In this document: positions 1-14,400 of the stretch, one piece after another
Layout: each line of letters begins with the position of its first letter
Numbering within the stretch: position 1 is the stretch's first letter
NCBI GenBank assembly: GCA_036172245.1
Contig: JAYWIR010000014.1
Span: 1,178,001 to 1,242,000 of the forward strand
DNA: 64,000 bases
Direction: 5' to 3'
Origin: Raillietiella orientalis
Taxonomy: Eukaryota
Notes under the pieces: model-generated
Databases searched by the model: none
The model's input: the letters and a program-made list of their open reading frames with translations, nothing else
What the model was told of the DNA's origin: nothing
Translations under genes and position numbers: made by a program

Positions 1-2304
1 TCTACTAAAATCTTTCCAGGCAAGTCTCAAGAACTCTTTGAATGATGACTTGAAACGCGAAATTACTCACCGAAATTGGAGTTTCAAGAGCTTCTCTCAC
101 GATTTTCAAGCACCTTAGTACGTTTTCTAGTCGTATTTCTTCAGAAATTTTTTTTTCCTTCGGAATGCGACTAGGAAACGTACTGACGTCATACTGACGT
201 ACTGATGACGGATTTGTTTCTTCAGGCCAACCAGAGGAAACAAATCTTTAGGTCGTGCAGGAACATGCTGTTGTTTTGGAAAACTACACCTTTCCAGAAT
301 GTATGGTTCTCGCCTTTTCGGAAGGTCTTCCCGGAAGAAACAAAGAAATAGACAAAGCCTAGGAAGAGCCAGAAGCAGTGATACAAGTAGGAGGAGGACC
401 ATGGCAAAGATTTCGAATCACCTTTCTAAAACTCGACCGAGGTTCTCACCAAAAGATGCTCCCTCCTTGAGGTTAGTTATCACTTATAGCTCTAGAGAAA
501 GGGTAGTTGTTTCAGAGCTCTCCATTAAAGCCACAACACAGGGAGTCGAATTGCGAGACCATGATGTGCTCCTATGCTACTGCGATTTCACATTCCATCC
601 TGCTGAATGGGAGGCATCATGAAAAAAGCATCAGAATCATGGATTCGTGTACTCCGTTGAAGAGATGGCTCTTTTCCCATTTTCCTTGCTTCCCGGATCG
701 ACTACATCTTCATGAGGCCAGTGTTCAATTCAGAAACGCGTATCTGCGTTCATGCGGCTTCCAGAGAGCGCCATCAGAAGCCTCGTCGACAGGAGTTCCT
801 GATGCGAGGTTTGACCACACAGTCACAAGAACATCTATAACGTTCATTTGCTGTCATACCATTTTGTCAAAATTCTCTCTCTCTGTTTTTTTTTTTTTTT
901 TTTTTTTTACACACTTCCAACAGATGTCCGCAAGCAAGCACCGATGGACCTCCCTCAGGACTCTGCAGAGCCAGTGAAATGCCATCACTTTATTCTGTGC
1001 ATCTTTTTATCCTTCATTTCGTTGATTCCTTTTTGTCTTCTATATCGTTTATCGGATAAGAAAACTGTGGGCCAGCCACGACTCTGCGTCCGTTGCTTTC
1101 GTTTTAAAAGCACTTTTTGGAGCACCACTTGAGATCACTTTGTGCAAGAAGGACCAAAGAATAAAGCACGGGTCGAAAGTTCTTCGATCGCGGAGCGATC
1201 CGCTTTGCCCATTGCAAGACTGCACTGGATGCTGAAAGACATTAAGAGGAGAATGTAAGCGTGTAGATTTTTCTTCGAAGCTCACTGAGCAGCCATTTGT
1301 GCCCCATTCTTCTTTCAAGATAGAGTTTCTTGTCCTGGTCCTCAGGAATCAACTAATCTACGCGCTGCTCTTCTGGTATTCTCTGGATGCTCTCCGTCTT
1401 TCTTCCTCTTTGTCGTAACTTTGGTGCCGGATTCTAGACATATTAGCTGACAGCTGCTTCACTGAACATCGAAGACGATTTTGAATGCCAGCATGAGGCT
1501 GCGTGCCGTACCATCAGTGTTTTGTTGAAATCCAAGTATTATGGTATGGAAAAGCTCCAAAGCGGATGAGAAAGGCAGCTAAAGTTTTTCCTTTTCGAAG
1601 GTCCACTGTCTAGAAGGAAGGATGAGAGTGAGAAAAGAGAAAATGAGGTGAGGATTAAATCCGTAGTAAATCACCAAAGCTGCGCCTCCTCAGTTACAAA
1701 CGACTATGAGAAACAAGCGGAGCGGTTCAACTATCTGCACTATTTAAAGTGAGGGATAGCTTTAAGGACAATTTCCTTTTTTACATCCCCTGCATCTCTC
1801 AACTTCGTTCTCATGAAAACAAAAAAATTCCATTCGTGATGCATGCTTCTCTGAGAAAGAGAATTTATTAAGGATGATGAATCTCTAAACAACGGTATAA
1901 AGGGATCGCAGGTTCCCATCTTGTAATTCTCCCTTTCAGGTATTCATAAAGAGGTCCCTAGATTCTTCATCGTTTATTCATTAGGACTTTTCTAAGCTGC
2001 AACCGCTCCCCCGTCGGCTACTTCAGTCCTGCTACTTTGCATACTGCATCTTTTTTCTCAGGTACATCAAAGAATGCATAATTCAACTCACACAGACCTG
2101 TGTTTTACAATGGGATTGCTGATTAACCGGTAATTGTTTAAGGAGCTCAATCAATCATAGCAGTGTCCATCTAGGATCATATATTCATCCTAGTGTCAAG
2201 TTTTACTTATTTCTAATTCCTTTTTGAATACACGCGCTTTCCCCTTTCCTATGGGCATTATCTTTTCTTTACAGGACGCTCTGCAGAGGTAATAGAAATG
2301 GAAG

Positions 2305-2480
2305 TTGATTGTAGTCTTTCATTCGCGAGGTCACGTCAACAACTACGACTCCAATTAGTATGCATGCGTCAAGTCAGTGTGTGCGAGGTTTGTTCACGCG
2401 TTCCCAAAGGAATACTAAAGATGCTCTAGTCTTTACTGGGAGGGAATTTCGGCGATTTGTTTACGAGTGACGTCATTTTG
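2305..2480. promoter_or_regulatory. Candidate promoter-like motif cluster
   Basis: ACTAC-type motifs on opposite strands (TTGTAGTC 2309-2316; AACTACGACTCC 2341-2352), TCGCGA, GTCACGTCA 2330-2338 and a full CRE in GTGACGTCAT 2467-2476. No downstream gene could be confirmed. Confidence 0.25.
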
Positions 2481-5400
2481 TGAGGCACACACCGTAATGG
2501 GCTGCATCACCTGTGAGCAAATGCTAGAAAAAGGCCGCCTGTATCCAGGTCTTGCTCTCTTCGAACTTAGAAAGTATCGGGTCAACCTTGGTCGCTAAAG
2601 TAATTTAGCACCGGAATAACATCTGATGAAGATGCTTTACGGAGAAATAAGCGCTGATCCAGTTTTCGACGGTTGCGAGCTGAAAGATTTTTTCAGAGAT
2701 CTAAAAGTCCTTCGTAGGCAGCTTTTCTACTGCAGACCATCTTATTCTGTGCTCCGTCGCTTGCACCGGATCTTATTGTCTGCTGCCTCCATTCCTTCCC
2801 GTTCTGCGACGCAGAATCAGATACTGACGGGCACATTTCAACAGCTGCGTGCTCGTAAAAACAAGCATGGAATGGAACGATACGGCACGCTACTATCCAT
2901 GCCGATGGGTGCAAGTAAACGCGACTGCAATTCATCGTACATCGCTAATCACGTGTTTTGACGTATTGGTTGTACTTAATATACTGCACCAATATCACAT
3001 GAAAGAGGACAGAGATGTGTCATACATATTCATGGGTATACCCATCATGCATGGAGGTATGATGTCACTCTTGGAGTTCCTTCGAATTTCATACATTGCT
3101 AACGGATGTGGGGATTCGGGAATATGCGTCATGAGAGCACCTGGATGAAATCTTTCATCTGGAAGTGCCTTCCGGAATAAACTCTGCAGTGTAAACTCTG
3201 TGCTCTCTCTGAACGCTTGCTAATGATGTGAAACCTCAAGTAATCAGGCTGCAGATGTAACGCGAGTAGCGCAGTGTTCTTCCGCCTTACGAAGGAACCA
3301 GCAGTGAGATGGTTTGGCAAGCAACCTAACTTCAACACTATTTATTGAGAAGGATGTTTTTATGTCCCTTCTGCAGTCACAAGTGCCGTTCCGTTGCCTT
3401 GGACTCCATCAGTCGTACCAAGATGCCCGACAGCCAGTTTCGTGGTCATGCGGCTCCAACACTAAAAAAGAGAGAGAAGCTTGGACTCTAAAATATCTTT
3501 TTTAATGCCAGATTCCAGTATTCCGAAAGTTGCGCTACATTGTGGGAATAAGCCTTACGACCGGCCCTACGCTCTCCTGTTGGTTTTCCGTTCAGAGGGT
3601 CCACACGAAGAAAGCACATTGCAAGTGAAGCGACCGGGATTCCCCTCGAGTGTCAGCAATTGCCATGATCCTCGGATGTCTGTCTTGGGCTGCCCGTCGT
3701 CTGAAAGGCAAAATTTTTCGAAGAATTCAAGTTCCCTGTTGTGAAGAGCCGAACCCATCAAGGGACGGAACCCATACGCCGTGTAAAAGGAAAAATGCCT
3801 ACATCCCTCTGCACGATGTGATGCTTCTGAAGTCATTCCTGATCCAGTGTCAGCGTCGATTTACGAAAAGGGGAAACCAGGGGACTCACGTGCAGTATAC
3901 AAGTGTGTTTTGAACGAGTCTGTCACCAGCCACTGATGCGTTCGTAGAGAGGACTTCAATCTATGAAATCCAATTGGTCAGAAAATGCAAGGAAGTGGGG
4001 ATCCAGAGGTCCTCTCTCCTCGGGGCGAAATGCCGACACTGAAAAATGAGAGCGGATGAAGAAACGAGAGAACTCTTCAACAGATTTTTCAACCGAATCA
4101 CCGGTACTCTGTTGCTGAAGTCGTCGCTGCCTGTATCACTGCCTGTATCACCTGTGTTAATGCTGTTCGAGATCTCTGGATGACCACGTACGTGGTCATT
4201 GCACCACATTTTGAAGTTTTCTCGAAATACAACGACGCATCCAGGAGAGCACGATCAGTCTATCGGTAATTCGGACATTGATAATTAAAAGCAGTATCAA
4301 CGAGGTGATTTTCAGCTCCAAAGGGAACCGGCTCTCCGATTCCTGGAAGGACTCTGGAAGGTCAACTTCCTATCCCGGCCAGTCAAATGGCTATCTGGTT
4401 TCCGGCCTCCAACGGCGCCTCATCCGAAGCCTATAGGACAACCAGCGTCGTCCAATGAAGGGGGGGGGGAACCGGAAACCCATTTCTCGGCGTCGATCCT
4501 CTATGTGGGGATTCGAACCCGCAACGCAGTGACCGCAGCCACATGGTCGCCAACTCTGGGACCTTCCATTCGCAGACCCGCGAGGCGCGCTCTGGTCGTC
4601 TGTGACGGGCAGTAAGGGAGATGGGAAGAATGGCGTCCTGAATAGGTTAACTCACCATCAGGCCATCTCCAAAGTCCAGCCATGTAATGGTTGAGGCGGT
4701 GGGTGAAGTCGGAGGTTTGTCCCATATCCCTTTTTCTATGTGATGCCGCCAAGATTCCTTTGAACCGCACGTTCTCATCTCAGTGCTGGATGTCCGTCGC
4801 GTTAGAATGCTTCGGGAAATGCGATGGTTGGTCCGACCTCAAGGTTACAGACGGAGGGTGTATGTATGACCTTGCCTTAGCTCTCCGTTAGTCCGCTCAG
4901 GACTTCCCATTCTTTCCTGCTACGTGGATGCTTGCTTGACCACTTACCGCTCACGCCAAGGTGTTTGACAGGTGAAAACATTGTTCAGTGTTCCACACAC
5001 CCTTCAGAATTTCTTTTGGAGTGGCTCTACAAGCGTTTGATGTCTGCTACACACACACTGTCTTCATAATGCAGCATCAGGAGATCGTTCTATGCCTCAG
5101 GTGGGAGGTCGGACCACCAAAGCGTAGTTCCTGCACTTGAGACTTCGCTCTTGGTGCTCTGAACAACCCTCTCATCTTCTCTAGGACCTCTCTGCCATCA
5201 CTAGGGAGTTCTACAGCCTCTTTTTGATTCTTTCGTGCCAATGCACTTATTCCCCTGATGGGTCGTCTCGCGTTTACGTAACTGACGTGCCCTTTCGTGC
5301 TGGCTTTGCCCTTTGTAAAGTAGCCATACCTTGTGCCCATGGTCGCTTGATGCAAACTCATCGTCAGCCATAATCCTGGATGTTTCCCATCATTAAATTA

Positions 5401-8400
5401 AACAGCTGCCATCAATGACAGTCCACTGGATGGGAAGAAAGAATATGGTTACTTTGGGCAGCTCTTTTCTCCAACGACTATCTCGATGCTCTGTGTAAGG
5501 TCCAGTTGCTCAGAGTCTCAAAAGATAATTATATCCTTTTCTATAGAAATGAAGAGATACTCGGACTCCAGTATTTCGGACGAGTACCTCAGACTCCAAG
5601 AGCTTCCAAGTCAGGGGGGAACTAGTGAGAATCTTCCGACTTGACCTTCCTCGAGGAAGGTAGCAAACTAATTTTATTTTAATTTTTTCATTTTCTAATT
5701 TTTTTTTATTGTTTTTACGCTTGGGAGGGAATCCCGAACAATTTCTTTGTTCTCTCCGGAGGGACTCGCTAGTTTCTGGGAACATCTCCTGATTTCTTCT
5801 CCGTAGCGAACCCGAAAGGGAACGGCTCCTTGCCCACTCCTCTGAAGAGAACCCCGAAAGGATGCTTTCAAACGTGTCTGAAGGGGTAGCGCTTCGAAGG
5901 GAGCAGCGCGCTTCTAACGCTCTGGAAAGACAACCCGCCGAAGGAGGTATCAACCAGCTCCATGATACGAGATGGAGGGTCCTATCCTAGGGGAGGGACG
6001 GCTCCATTTTCACAACCGACGGGGGAAACTCGAAGGGAACCGCCTCTTAGATTCCTGAAAGTACCTCAAAGGGTTAGCTTCCTCGAAGCATGGTCTTCCT
6101 CGAGGAAGGCCACGCCGCTGGATGGGCTGAATGAACAGAAACTTGTCAAAATTTCCAGCCGAAGAGAAAGAGTGTTAAAAATGAAGAACGGGCGGTAGCA
6201 GTGCTTCAGGCATCGTCTGATTCGCGACTGAACGTGCTGGACAAAAACGGCAGTAGTGAGGTAGCTGGCTGCTGAAAGAAGTTCAGAGGCTCATAAACAT
6301 CTCCATCGTGTCCGTTCCATTTTATTGTTTGACGATGAGGAGTTGGAAGAGCACCTGAGAAGCGCGAAAGCTTAAGGGAAGGGTGCGAAGACTCTTCCGG
6401 GACATTTGCTCGAGCGTCCATCTCACTGTCACCGGGAAAAAAAAATCCGTGGAATTGGGAAACGCGTGGAATCATGGTTGATGGACTTCATCTTGAATTC
6501 GATTCTGTTGCTCTTTTCATAAGGGATGAGGAGAACGGGAGCACAGACTTCCAAGGAAGATGGTGTGGTCCTTCGAATTTACAGAGCGGGCAGGCAGATC
6601 CCCACATTCGCTTGGCACCGAAGCAGCTGGAATTAGCAAACGGCAGCGAAATCTGGAGATACATCCAGGAGAGAAACCACTCGAGAGCACGAGAAAAACT
6701 GGAGAGCACGTATTCCCAGTCCATGTATCCTTGTGGATCAGCAGAACGCTTCCGCTTTCCCCAATTGTTCTAGATCCTTTTCTGGTGATTTCTTGGTGGA
6801 AGCGACATGTACTCGGGACTTTTCGTTATTAGGGAAGGAGAGGATTCTGGCAGGTCAGGGAGCACGTTCGCTCCTCTCCTTGGCGGGAGCCGTTGGCGTA
6901 TGGAGGATGAGGACATCGGGCTCACCATTTCTAGTCGGAGCGGCTCTCCTCCCATCACGGAGGATCTCTTTCGGGTACTGGAACTCTTTTTTTGCTCTTT
7001 TTGGAGCTTCGAGAAAGATCCACCTCAGAATGGAGGATCTTTTTCCAGTCGCTCTGTGGGGTCCTTCCAGGGGGATAGGACGCATTTCCAGGAAGCGTTC
7101 TTGGAGCGGAAGGGGCCTCCGACATGGAGTAGTGAGGCCGCGCGCTTCCCCGCTGTTCTCGGAGCGCGCGCGCGTTGCCGCTCTGCCTAGTAGGATGCGC
7201 GTGCGTCCCGTGATGCCAAGGGGAGGGGACGAAGAGAGCGGTGCCGGTTTTCTCTCCGGGCGCGCGGAGATCCAGGCTGGAGGACGGGAAGCTTCCTTGT
7301 CTAAGAAGGAAGCTCTGCGTCGGCCTGCGCGCACAGATTTATCAGGTAAAAATAGACGCGCCGGTTCGCGCACGCGTCTCAGAGTTTTCCCTTCCTCAAC
7401 ATCTGGAGTTACAATCGCGGAGGGAAGCATCGAGTGGCTTCCTTGGAAGCGCGTCCCCTCGAATGTCCGCCGCGTGCCGGGAAAGGGATATTGTCCGAGG
7501 CCCACTGCAGTGGAATCGTCGGGGGCGGGGGTCATGAGGCAGGATAAGGGAGGAAGAGGATTTTTTACCCTCTCGGCTCCCGGCAAAGGAGGCACCTTTC
7601 CACCTCCTTCAGAAGCCAAGAGGAGCGGAGCACCTCTGGACTTTTCTCAGCATCCCTGCACACTTCCTGGCAGGAAGTCCAGGGAGAAAATCCTTCCAGA
7701 TTTCTGGACAAAGATCTCGGCAGAGTCCTCCTGCTCTCGTGACTTTGGTCGTTTCCGCCGTCTTCCTGGGTCTCCGCCAGTGAACGCGTCCGGAACGCTG
7801 GACTCGTATTGCCGTGGCTAAGCAGATTACAGGAGGCAAGTGGAGGAGCGCCTTTCTGATGAGAACCCCAGGAGGAGATCCAGCGGGCGCTCGTTCTGCA
7901 AATCTTCGGGGTTCACCCCGAAGCATAGAGGCGACTCGGAGCAATTTGGCGCACTCCGACCGCTTCGAGGAAAACAGCACTGTGCACGGTGCTCTCCGAG
8001 CCTTGGGAAGGGTGAAAGACCGCGCGGCGAGAGGACTCATCCCTTCTGTGGGAACGCGCGCTCCCATCGCGTGCCGGGAGAAAGGTCGCCTGGATTAGGT
8101 AAGGATGAATGAGAGTTTGGGTCGCCGTCCGGCTGGAAACGGCGATCCCTTGGCGGTAGCGGAGACAAAAGAGGCGAGGTGTCCCCTGCGACCTTCGGAA
8201 TGCCGACCCAAGGATCCTGCTAGCCCATGTGAACAGTAACGGGGTGCGGGTGGGGTGGATGGAGAGGGTTACCACGTGAAACAGAGGAGGCCGACTCTTC
8301 GATCCGGGTCAGGGCGGAGGGAAAATTTTTCGGCGGTTGAAGGCTGTGGACCTGTGATCCAGAGGAGCTATCAGGAGGAAGGGGGGAGGAAAGAAGGACT

Positions 8401-11400
8401 CTTGAGTACCCGACATCCTTTAGTAGAGAAACTTCGACGTTGCCTTTGGAAGGCTGCAACCTGCGCTTCCAGGGAAGGGAGCAACGACTCTGCGGTTCCT
8501 TCCTTTCTTGCAGTACGCAGACCACCGCTGACGTTTATGGATCACAGACCGGGACTTCGGCCCTATGTGCAACCACTGGTCGATTACACTTCTCTCTCTC
8601 ACTCTCTGCCCTAGGCTGAATTCGTCGCACAGTAGGGAGTAGGAGTTGGCAACCATGGGAAAGGCTTGTTGTTGCCCCTGACGCCTGATCTTGAAGGATG
8701 CACGGACTTTACCACGCGACGTTCTTGGGTTGATGTCTCCATGCCCGACGAAGAACGCACTGAAAAGGGGTCCTGCCATACCTAAAGGGAGATTCGGTAG
8801 GGCTGCAAGAGAGCGCGAATTAGGACTGCAGTTACCACTCGTCTTGTAGAGAGTCGCCAAATGCACGGTGCGTTCCAAGAGCTCCTCTTTGTGGACTTCG
8901 AGGTGCTCAATCTTGTCATTCCGTCATCAGCCATTCTCCGCGATTCTTCCGCCGAGTTTACAGGAAAGTCGTCCCTTAGGAAGCTCCGTCCTTTCGCGGA
9001 CGTTCCCCAAAGACGACCTTTCTTTTCCCTGAGCTCTGCCGCCAGCGCTGTCTTCTGACCGTGGACAAGCGGACACCTGCCGTTACCTTCCCTTTCCTTT
9101 TGACTCTTTTTGCAGCTTCCAACTCAGGCGAGCTGTTTCCGCACATCCGGTGAGAAACCGGCGCGAGAAGGAAAGCGCGGGTCAGGCGCTTCGGAACGCC
9201 GAAGCCTCTTCTCTTCGTGCTTCCATGGAGACGGCTCTGCTCGTGCCCTGGCAGTCTTGTTGTGCAGGGTAAGGAGAAAATAGTCCCTAGGAGGATGGGA
9301 TCCCAGAGGTTTTCCTTCAGGTGAGGAAGAGAGTGCGAGGAAACGCGCCGAACGGTGTCTCTCCCGGAACGAATGGAGGAGGGAAAACCAGGATCTCAAA
9401 CTCGTCCGCATAAGACCGAGGCGAGGAAGAAGTCAGGATCTCGACAGAGGACAAGCATTTCTCGAACAGGAACCACCTCCCTCTCGTCTCCGAAAGTCTT
9501 TTAGGCTGGACTGAGCGGGTAAACGTGAGCACCGCGTCGAAGCGTTCTCGGAGTTCCGGAAGAAGTCGAGGCTGTGCCTGCCAAGCTCTGTAGCCGCCGC
9601 TGCAGGGCATGCACCCAGGCGTTCTGGAGAGGCAGCAGGTCGGCTGATGGTGAGTTGGCAGTCCTGCAGCCCACCAAAATTGGACCGCTCGCTGGAAGGA
9701 GGGCACGCGTGGGCAGCAAGTGGGAGTGCAAGAGGCGCCAGGAGTCGACAGATTGCACCGCGGAGGCGGGTGGGTAGGAGGTGACTTTCCCTAAAATACG
9801 GAAGTGCAGGAGAGGAGCAGAGTGTTCCTATCCCTCACTTGTGTGTGTGTTTGGCTTCTTTGAAGGGGGGGAGGGGCGGGAACTCCCACGGACGCTTAGG
9901 GTCTGGCGAGAGCATCCACGTCCTCTCTGATGGTTTGGTGCCTTCATCGTCCGACGCCAATCCACGCGATCCACAGTGGTGCGCATCGAAGCTTTGGAGA
10001 TGTTCGGGCATTCGATGGGTAGCGGATAGATTGCTTTCGCGCAACCGAAGAAGAGCGATGGCTCTTGGAAGATTTCCAAGTGTGGTGAGATGAATCGGGA
10101 CCCGAATGAACAGAGACTGCAGATTCCTTTCAATAAGGAAGACTGTAGGACAATGCGGGAATAGTGATTGAGAAAACTCTATCAGGAGGGGTGCTTAGCA
10201 GCAAGGCCCGAGGTAAGCGGGGTGGTGAGCCCCGTGCTATAGCGTCCGTGCCTTTACTGACATACACCAACCGGACAGGGGATAGCTGACGTCGGCTATG
10301 CGCCACGCTTTACAGACGAATCTATTATGAGCAAATGCGATCTGAGGAGGCTGAGAATTTCAGGATGGAATTGGAAGGGGGAGAGTCGGGAAGAGAACAG
10401 AGATCCCTACTGAGCTTCTTCGGTTCCTCTTGCCCAGTCTGGCTGCAAACTTGAGAGAAGCAACTGATGTCTCCTAATCTGGCCCCTCGTCCCCAAAGTT
10501 TGGATCGATTCGATGGAGGAGCTGAGATCAATGCTCCACCTATTCTGTCCAGAACGAAGACGCAGGTGCATCCTCCTAAGAAGAAATGAAACGGGATCGA
10601 ATGTTCGGGAACCAAAAAAGAGAGATAGATAGAGGGAACGCGGGAGGATGATGAAGAGAAGGGAGCGCTTTCAACGAGGGACTAGAGAGGGGTGATGCTG
10701 CTGCCGATGGACCGATTTTTAGATAACCCAATTAGCGCTCGCGCCGAGAAAATGGCAGACTGCTGGTTTCAGCGCGAGCAGATGGTAGCTGGGGAAGGGA
10801 GAGAGGAGGAGAAGGGGGTGGCTCACGATCGCGCACCGCTTGCAAGTTTGCATGCGCGCGTTCGAAAGACCTTCGACCGAAAGACCTGCGCGCTCTCGTG
10901 AGCCCCGACGGCGCCGAGGAACATCAAGAGCAGATGTGTCCGCGGAGATCACTCGGAAGCTGCAGAGGACTCAGGGATGCGAATGGGAAACCGGGAAAAA
11001 GCGAGACGCACACAAAGGAACACTATGTGCACCGCCAGGTTAGGAAAGGGAACAAGGGAGGGGCTGTCGACGGGCTGTTTTGACAGCTGGCTACCCCCGC
11101 GAAGCAGAAATCTGAGGCATGGTGGCGCTTTCCATGGTGGCGCGAAGCGAGGAGGAGGAGGAGGAGAAGAAAAAATGCAGCATCTTCGGGGATGAGGCGA
11201 GACCGCTGCCGCCCTCCCTCTTGGAAGGATCTCGGACTTTTCGCGAGCGGCTGTGCCGAAGTTTCCACCGCTTCCGGGCCCCGCCAGTCTCCCTGCCCGG
11301 GCAAGTTCCGCTGCTTTCGAGGACGGGAATGCTGACTGCGGGGCGCACGGCAAGCAGGATGACGACGCGAATGCTTTCAGGACGGGAGGGATGCGATCAC

Positions 11401-14400
11401 AAAGAAGGGAAAGGCATCGGAGGGTAAAGAAAGGACCCGGGAACGTGCTCTTGCAGAGCTTCAAGGAGGAAAAGGCACTGATTGGCGTTTCGGAACTGCC
11501 AGGATGATGGTTCCCGCAGGTTCTGAACGAGGGAAGATGCGTGAGAGCCTCAGAGGTATGGATCAGGAGCAGTTCTGAGAAGCAGCTGTTGCTGACGCGG
11601 CAGCACCCCATGGAGGGCAGGGGGGGAGATCCGACTGTCCTCGACAGGTCCTGGGAGGAGTCGGGTTTGAGCCGAAGTTCGGACCATTTCCCGAAATGAA
11701 GGCAGATGGATCTCAGCTGTTTCCATCCACTGCACCAAATGGCGCAGAACACGAGATTTTTCGGGTTCTTCCTCGCTGGCACGAGAGGAAGCAGAAGAAA
11801 GCCTAGAGCAATGGAGGAAGGAATTCGTGCCAGAGGACCACTTTCCGGAGCTAGGTAACCTGGAAACGTCCGTCTTTCGGCTACTCTCGCGTGTTCGCAG
11901 GCCCCCCGGGCGGTGGCAGCGCTATGTGTGTGTGCGCGCGCGCTTGCGCACGTTCCAGAAACGCATGAGGACCCCCGATAAAATCCGATCTTCCCTTCTC
12001 GACGATGCCGAGCATCGTTTTTTCTTGGCTTCGAAGAGAGACGTCTCCTCCGTTCCCTGGGGTCGTCGTGCCGGTCGCACCTCTGCTCGGAAGCAGCGTG
12101 GCAGAGGTCAGCCTCCCCTCGACTCCTTCCTTCTCTTCTCTGCAGTGTTGAGAGCAGGACGCCGATCCGCCTCCACCCGGAAGTTCTCTGGGAAATCTTG
12201 CGGATAATGCGAGGGCCGGTCCCGTGCGGTCCCGAAGGCGTCCGCTTTGCCCAGCTGTGGGTCCTTGCATGTAGCGTCAGGAGGAAGCCTGAACTTCCGA
12301 GTCCGGGATAAGATCAAGACGAGAGGATACAGGCATCTGGATCGAAGACGTGTGCTGCACAGGGGCTCCCTCGAGCTCTGCCGACGCAGAGAGGCTGCTC
12401 CCGAGGCGAACCACTAATTCCCCAGTCGGGTTCGAAATGGCTGTGATGATTTCTGATTCTGTGGTTTCCAGCGCTCTTCAAAGACATCCGGTGTGCGTTT
12501 TATGAATGTAATTAGGGAACCATAACAACCACAGGCTCCTCCAGTCACTCGTAGAAAGATACTCTGCTCTTGATGGAAAGGCCAAAAAAAAAAAAAAAAA
12601 CGCCTCTTGCAAATCATTAAACGCAATTTTCTCCGGCTATCCTTAATTGCTCCCGGAGATGATGCTTTCCTATTTCAGTGGCTCTCTCCCGCAACACCGC
12701 TTTGTTCACTTTGAAGGAAGACAAAGAAAGCACCCTGAACCGCATCCGTGAGTGCTCGGGGATGGAATGCGGTGCAGTGGGTAGGGGCGATGGGCGAAGA
12801 GATCCCCGTCACGGACCTGATAGGCAGGAAGGGTGAGCGCACATCGTTCCAGAGGGGGGAGAGGGGCTCTCAGGTGTTTCCGAGCCGCTGCATCTCAGCA
12901 CTTGAGACGTCGGCCGAGAGAGGGCGCGGGTGGTGGTATGGTGGGTCCTAGGCTTACAGGATGGGCGCAGGGCGATCCGGAGAAAGCGTGCTTCCCTCTT
13001 TGGAGGAAGAAGCAGGAGAGAGATCTGCCATTATCTGAAAAAGGGGGCCGCTACCCCGGCGTCTCCTGACGGATTCTTTCATAGGCCCAGCCAGCAGAGG
13101 AGGAACCCGGCCTTCGCTGCCGCGAAATTCCTCGGCTGCCTCCGCGAGAGAAGCTGCGCCGAAGATTCGGAACATCCTGGCGTTTCCCGTGGTTTCGCAC
13201 TACCGAAGCTTCTGGAAGAGCGCTAGCAAGGGACTCTTTGGCTGGAGCAGAGACTGTCCGCACGTCCGAGTTCGGAGGAAAAGCTGCGAGAAGCAGTCGA
13301 AGAGGATCAGTGCGAAGAACACGCCTGAGGCAGTCGGAAGGCTGGGCACCCGCCTGCCCGGAAGATGGTGATGAGCTGCTCTTCGACCACCGCACAAGTC
13401 GAGGGCGATTCCTCCGATGAATCTAGGGCAGTCGAGCGAAACGCTCGCCGGGAGCGCGCCTCGCCCTCCCCATGGCACTTGGCGCTCCTGGGACGAGGCT
13501 TCGCGACACAGGTCTTGAAACTGGGGATCGCCCTTGACCTCATTCCCCGAGCGCCAGGCAGGGAAGCTGTGTCCCTCCGCCATTTGGCTCCTTCGATCTC
13601 GAGGTTCATCTGCAGTGGGTCCCATCCAATGCATTCTGCACCCGCAGAGGGGGGGCACGGTGGGAGAGACTGAGTTCACGGAGGAGTGGCTCAGCCTCCC
13701 AGTCTCTTTGACGCTGTAGGTAGTCGGACACTGCGTAGCCATATGCGTCGCCAAGGCTTCCTCTGTGCTGAAGCGTGGATAGCAGACTCCTTAGGAGCCT
13801 CCGCTTCTTTTCAGCAGTTGGGGCGCTCGCCCCCTGCAGGTATCATGGGCGCCCTTGCAGTTTCCGCACGCGGGATCTCGAGCAAGTGGACAGCCACTGA
13901 AGCTCTAACCGAACCGCCTTCATCAGTTTCAACCGCAAGGATAGCTGATCGAGGAAGGGTGATTCGATTCGGTCCCGCTCCAGCATCCCCAACGAACCAT
14001 CTGGAAGGCGAACGCTGCGTCTCATTCCACGAGGTAGACGGTGCAGCTGCAAAGCGGCAGCCCCCTCCGAGAGGCAGTGGGATGAACCGGAAAAAGTCCT
14101 CTGGTTGTTTATCCAGGACCGGACGCAGCTCATCTGGACAATCCCGTTGGGAAATTCCCGCGCAGCATCCCTCCTGAGCTTCCCACCCGAGGGGAGGGTT
14201 GGATGCTTGAGAGCAAAGCTCTTGGGCGGTAGCCGGGAGGAATGTGGCAAGTCCGGGGACAGAGCGAGCGGAGAGTTTTCGAAGGTCCGTTGCCATGGGA
14301 CTCGTGGCTCTGAGGAACTTTCCGAGGACTGCCAGCCGGCCGGTCGCCTCTATTGCGCTCTCTGACTTCCGGTGGCGTCGCGCCAGTCGCTACAGGAGCT

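Noticed and set aside
1130..1152. bantam-like sequence TGAGATCACTTTG
   Set aside because: Only the seed matches; no complementary arm nearby.
3032..3045. 14-bp palindrome ATGGGTATACCCAT (and a similar one near 21877)
   Set aside because: A few palindromes of this length are expected by chance in 64 kb.
4505..4522. tRNA gene or SINE head on - (GCGGGTTCGAATCCCCAC, B-box/T-arm-like)
   Set aside because: No A box at tRNA spacing, no cloverleaf or acceptor stem, and no second copy seen in the window. At most a SINE relic.
6733..7821. 362-aa + ORF with an overlapping 254-aa - ORF
   Set aside because: Arg/Ser/Gly/Pro-rich composition typical of stop-poor GC-rich DNA; no motifs and a non-ATG start.
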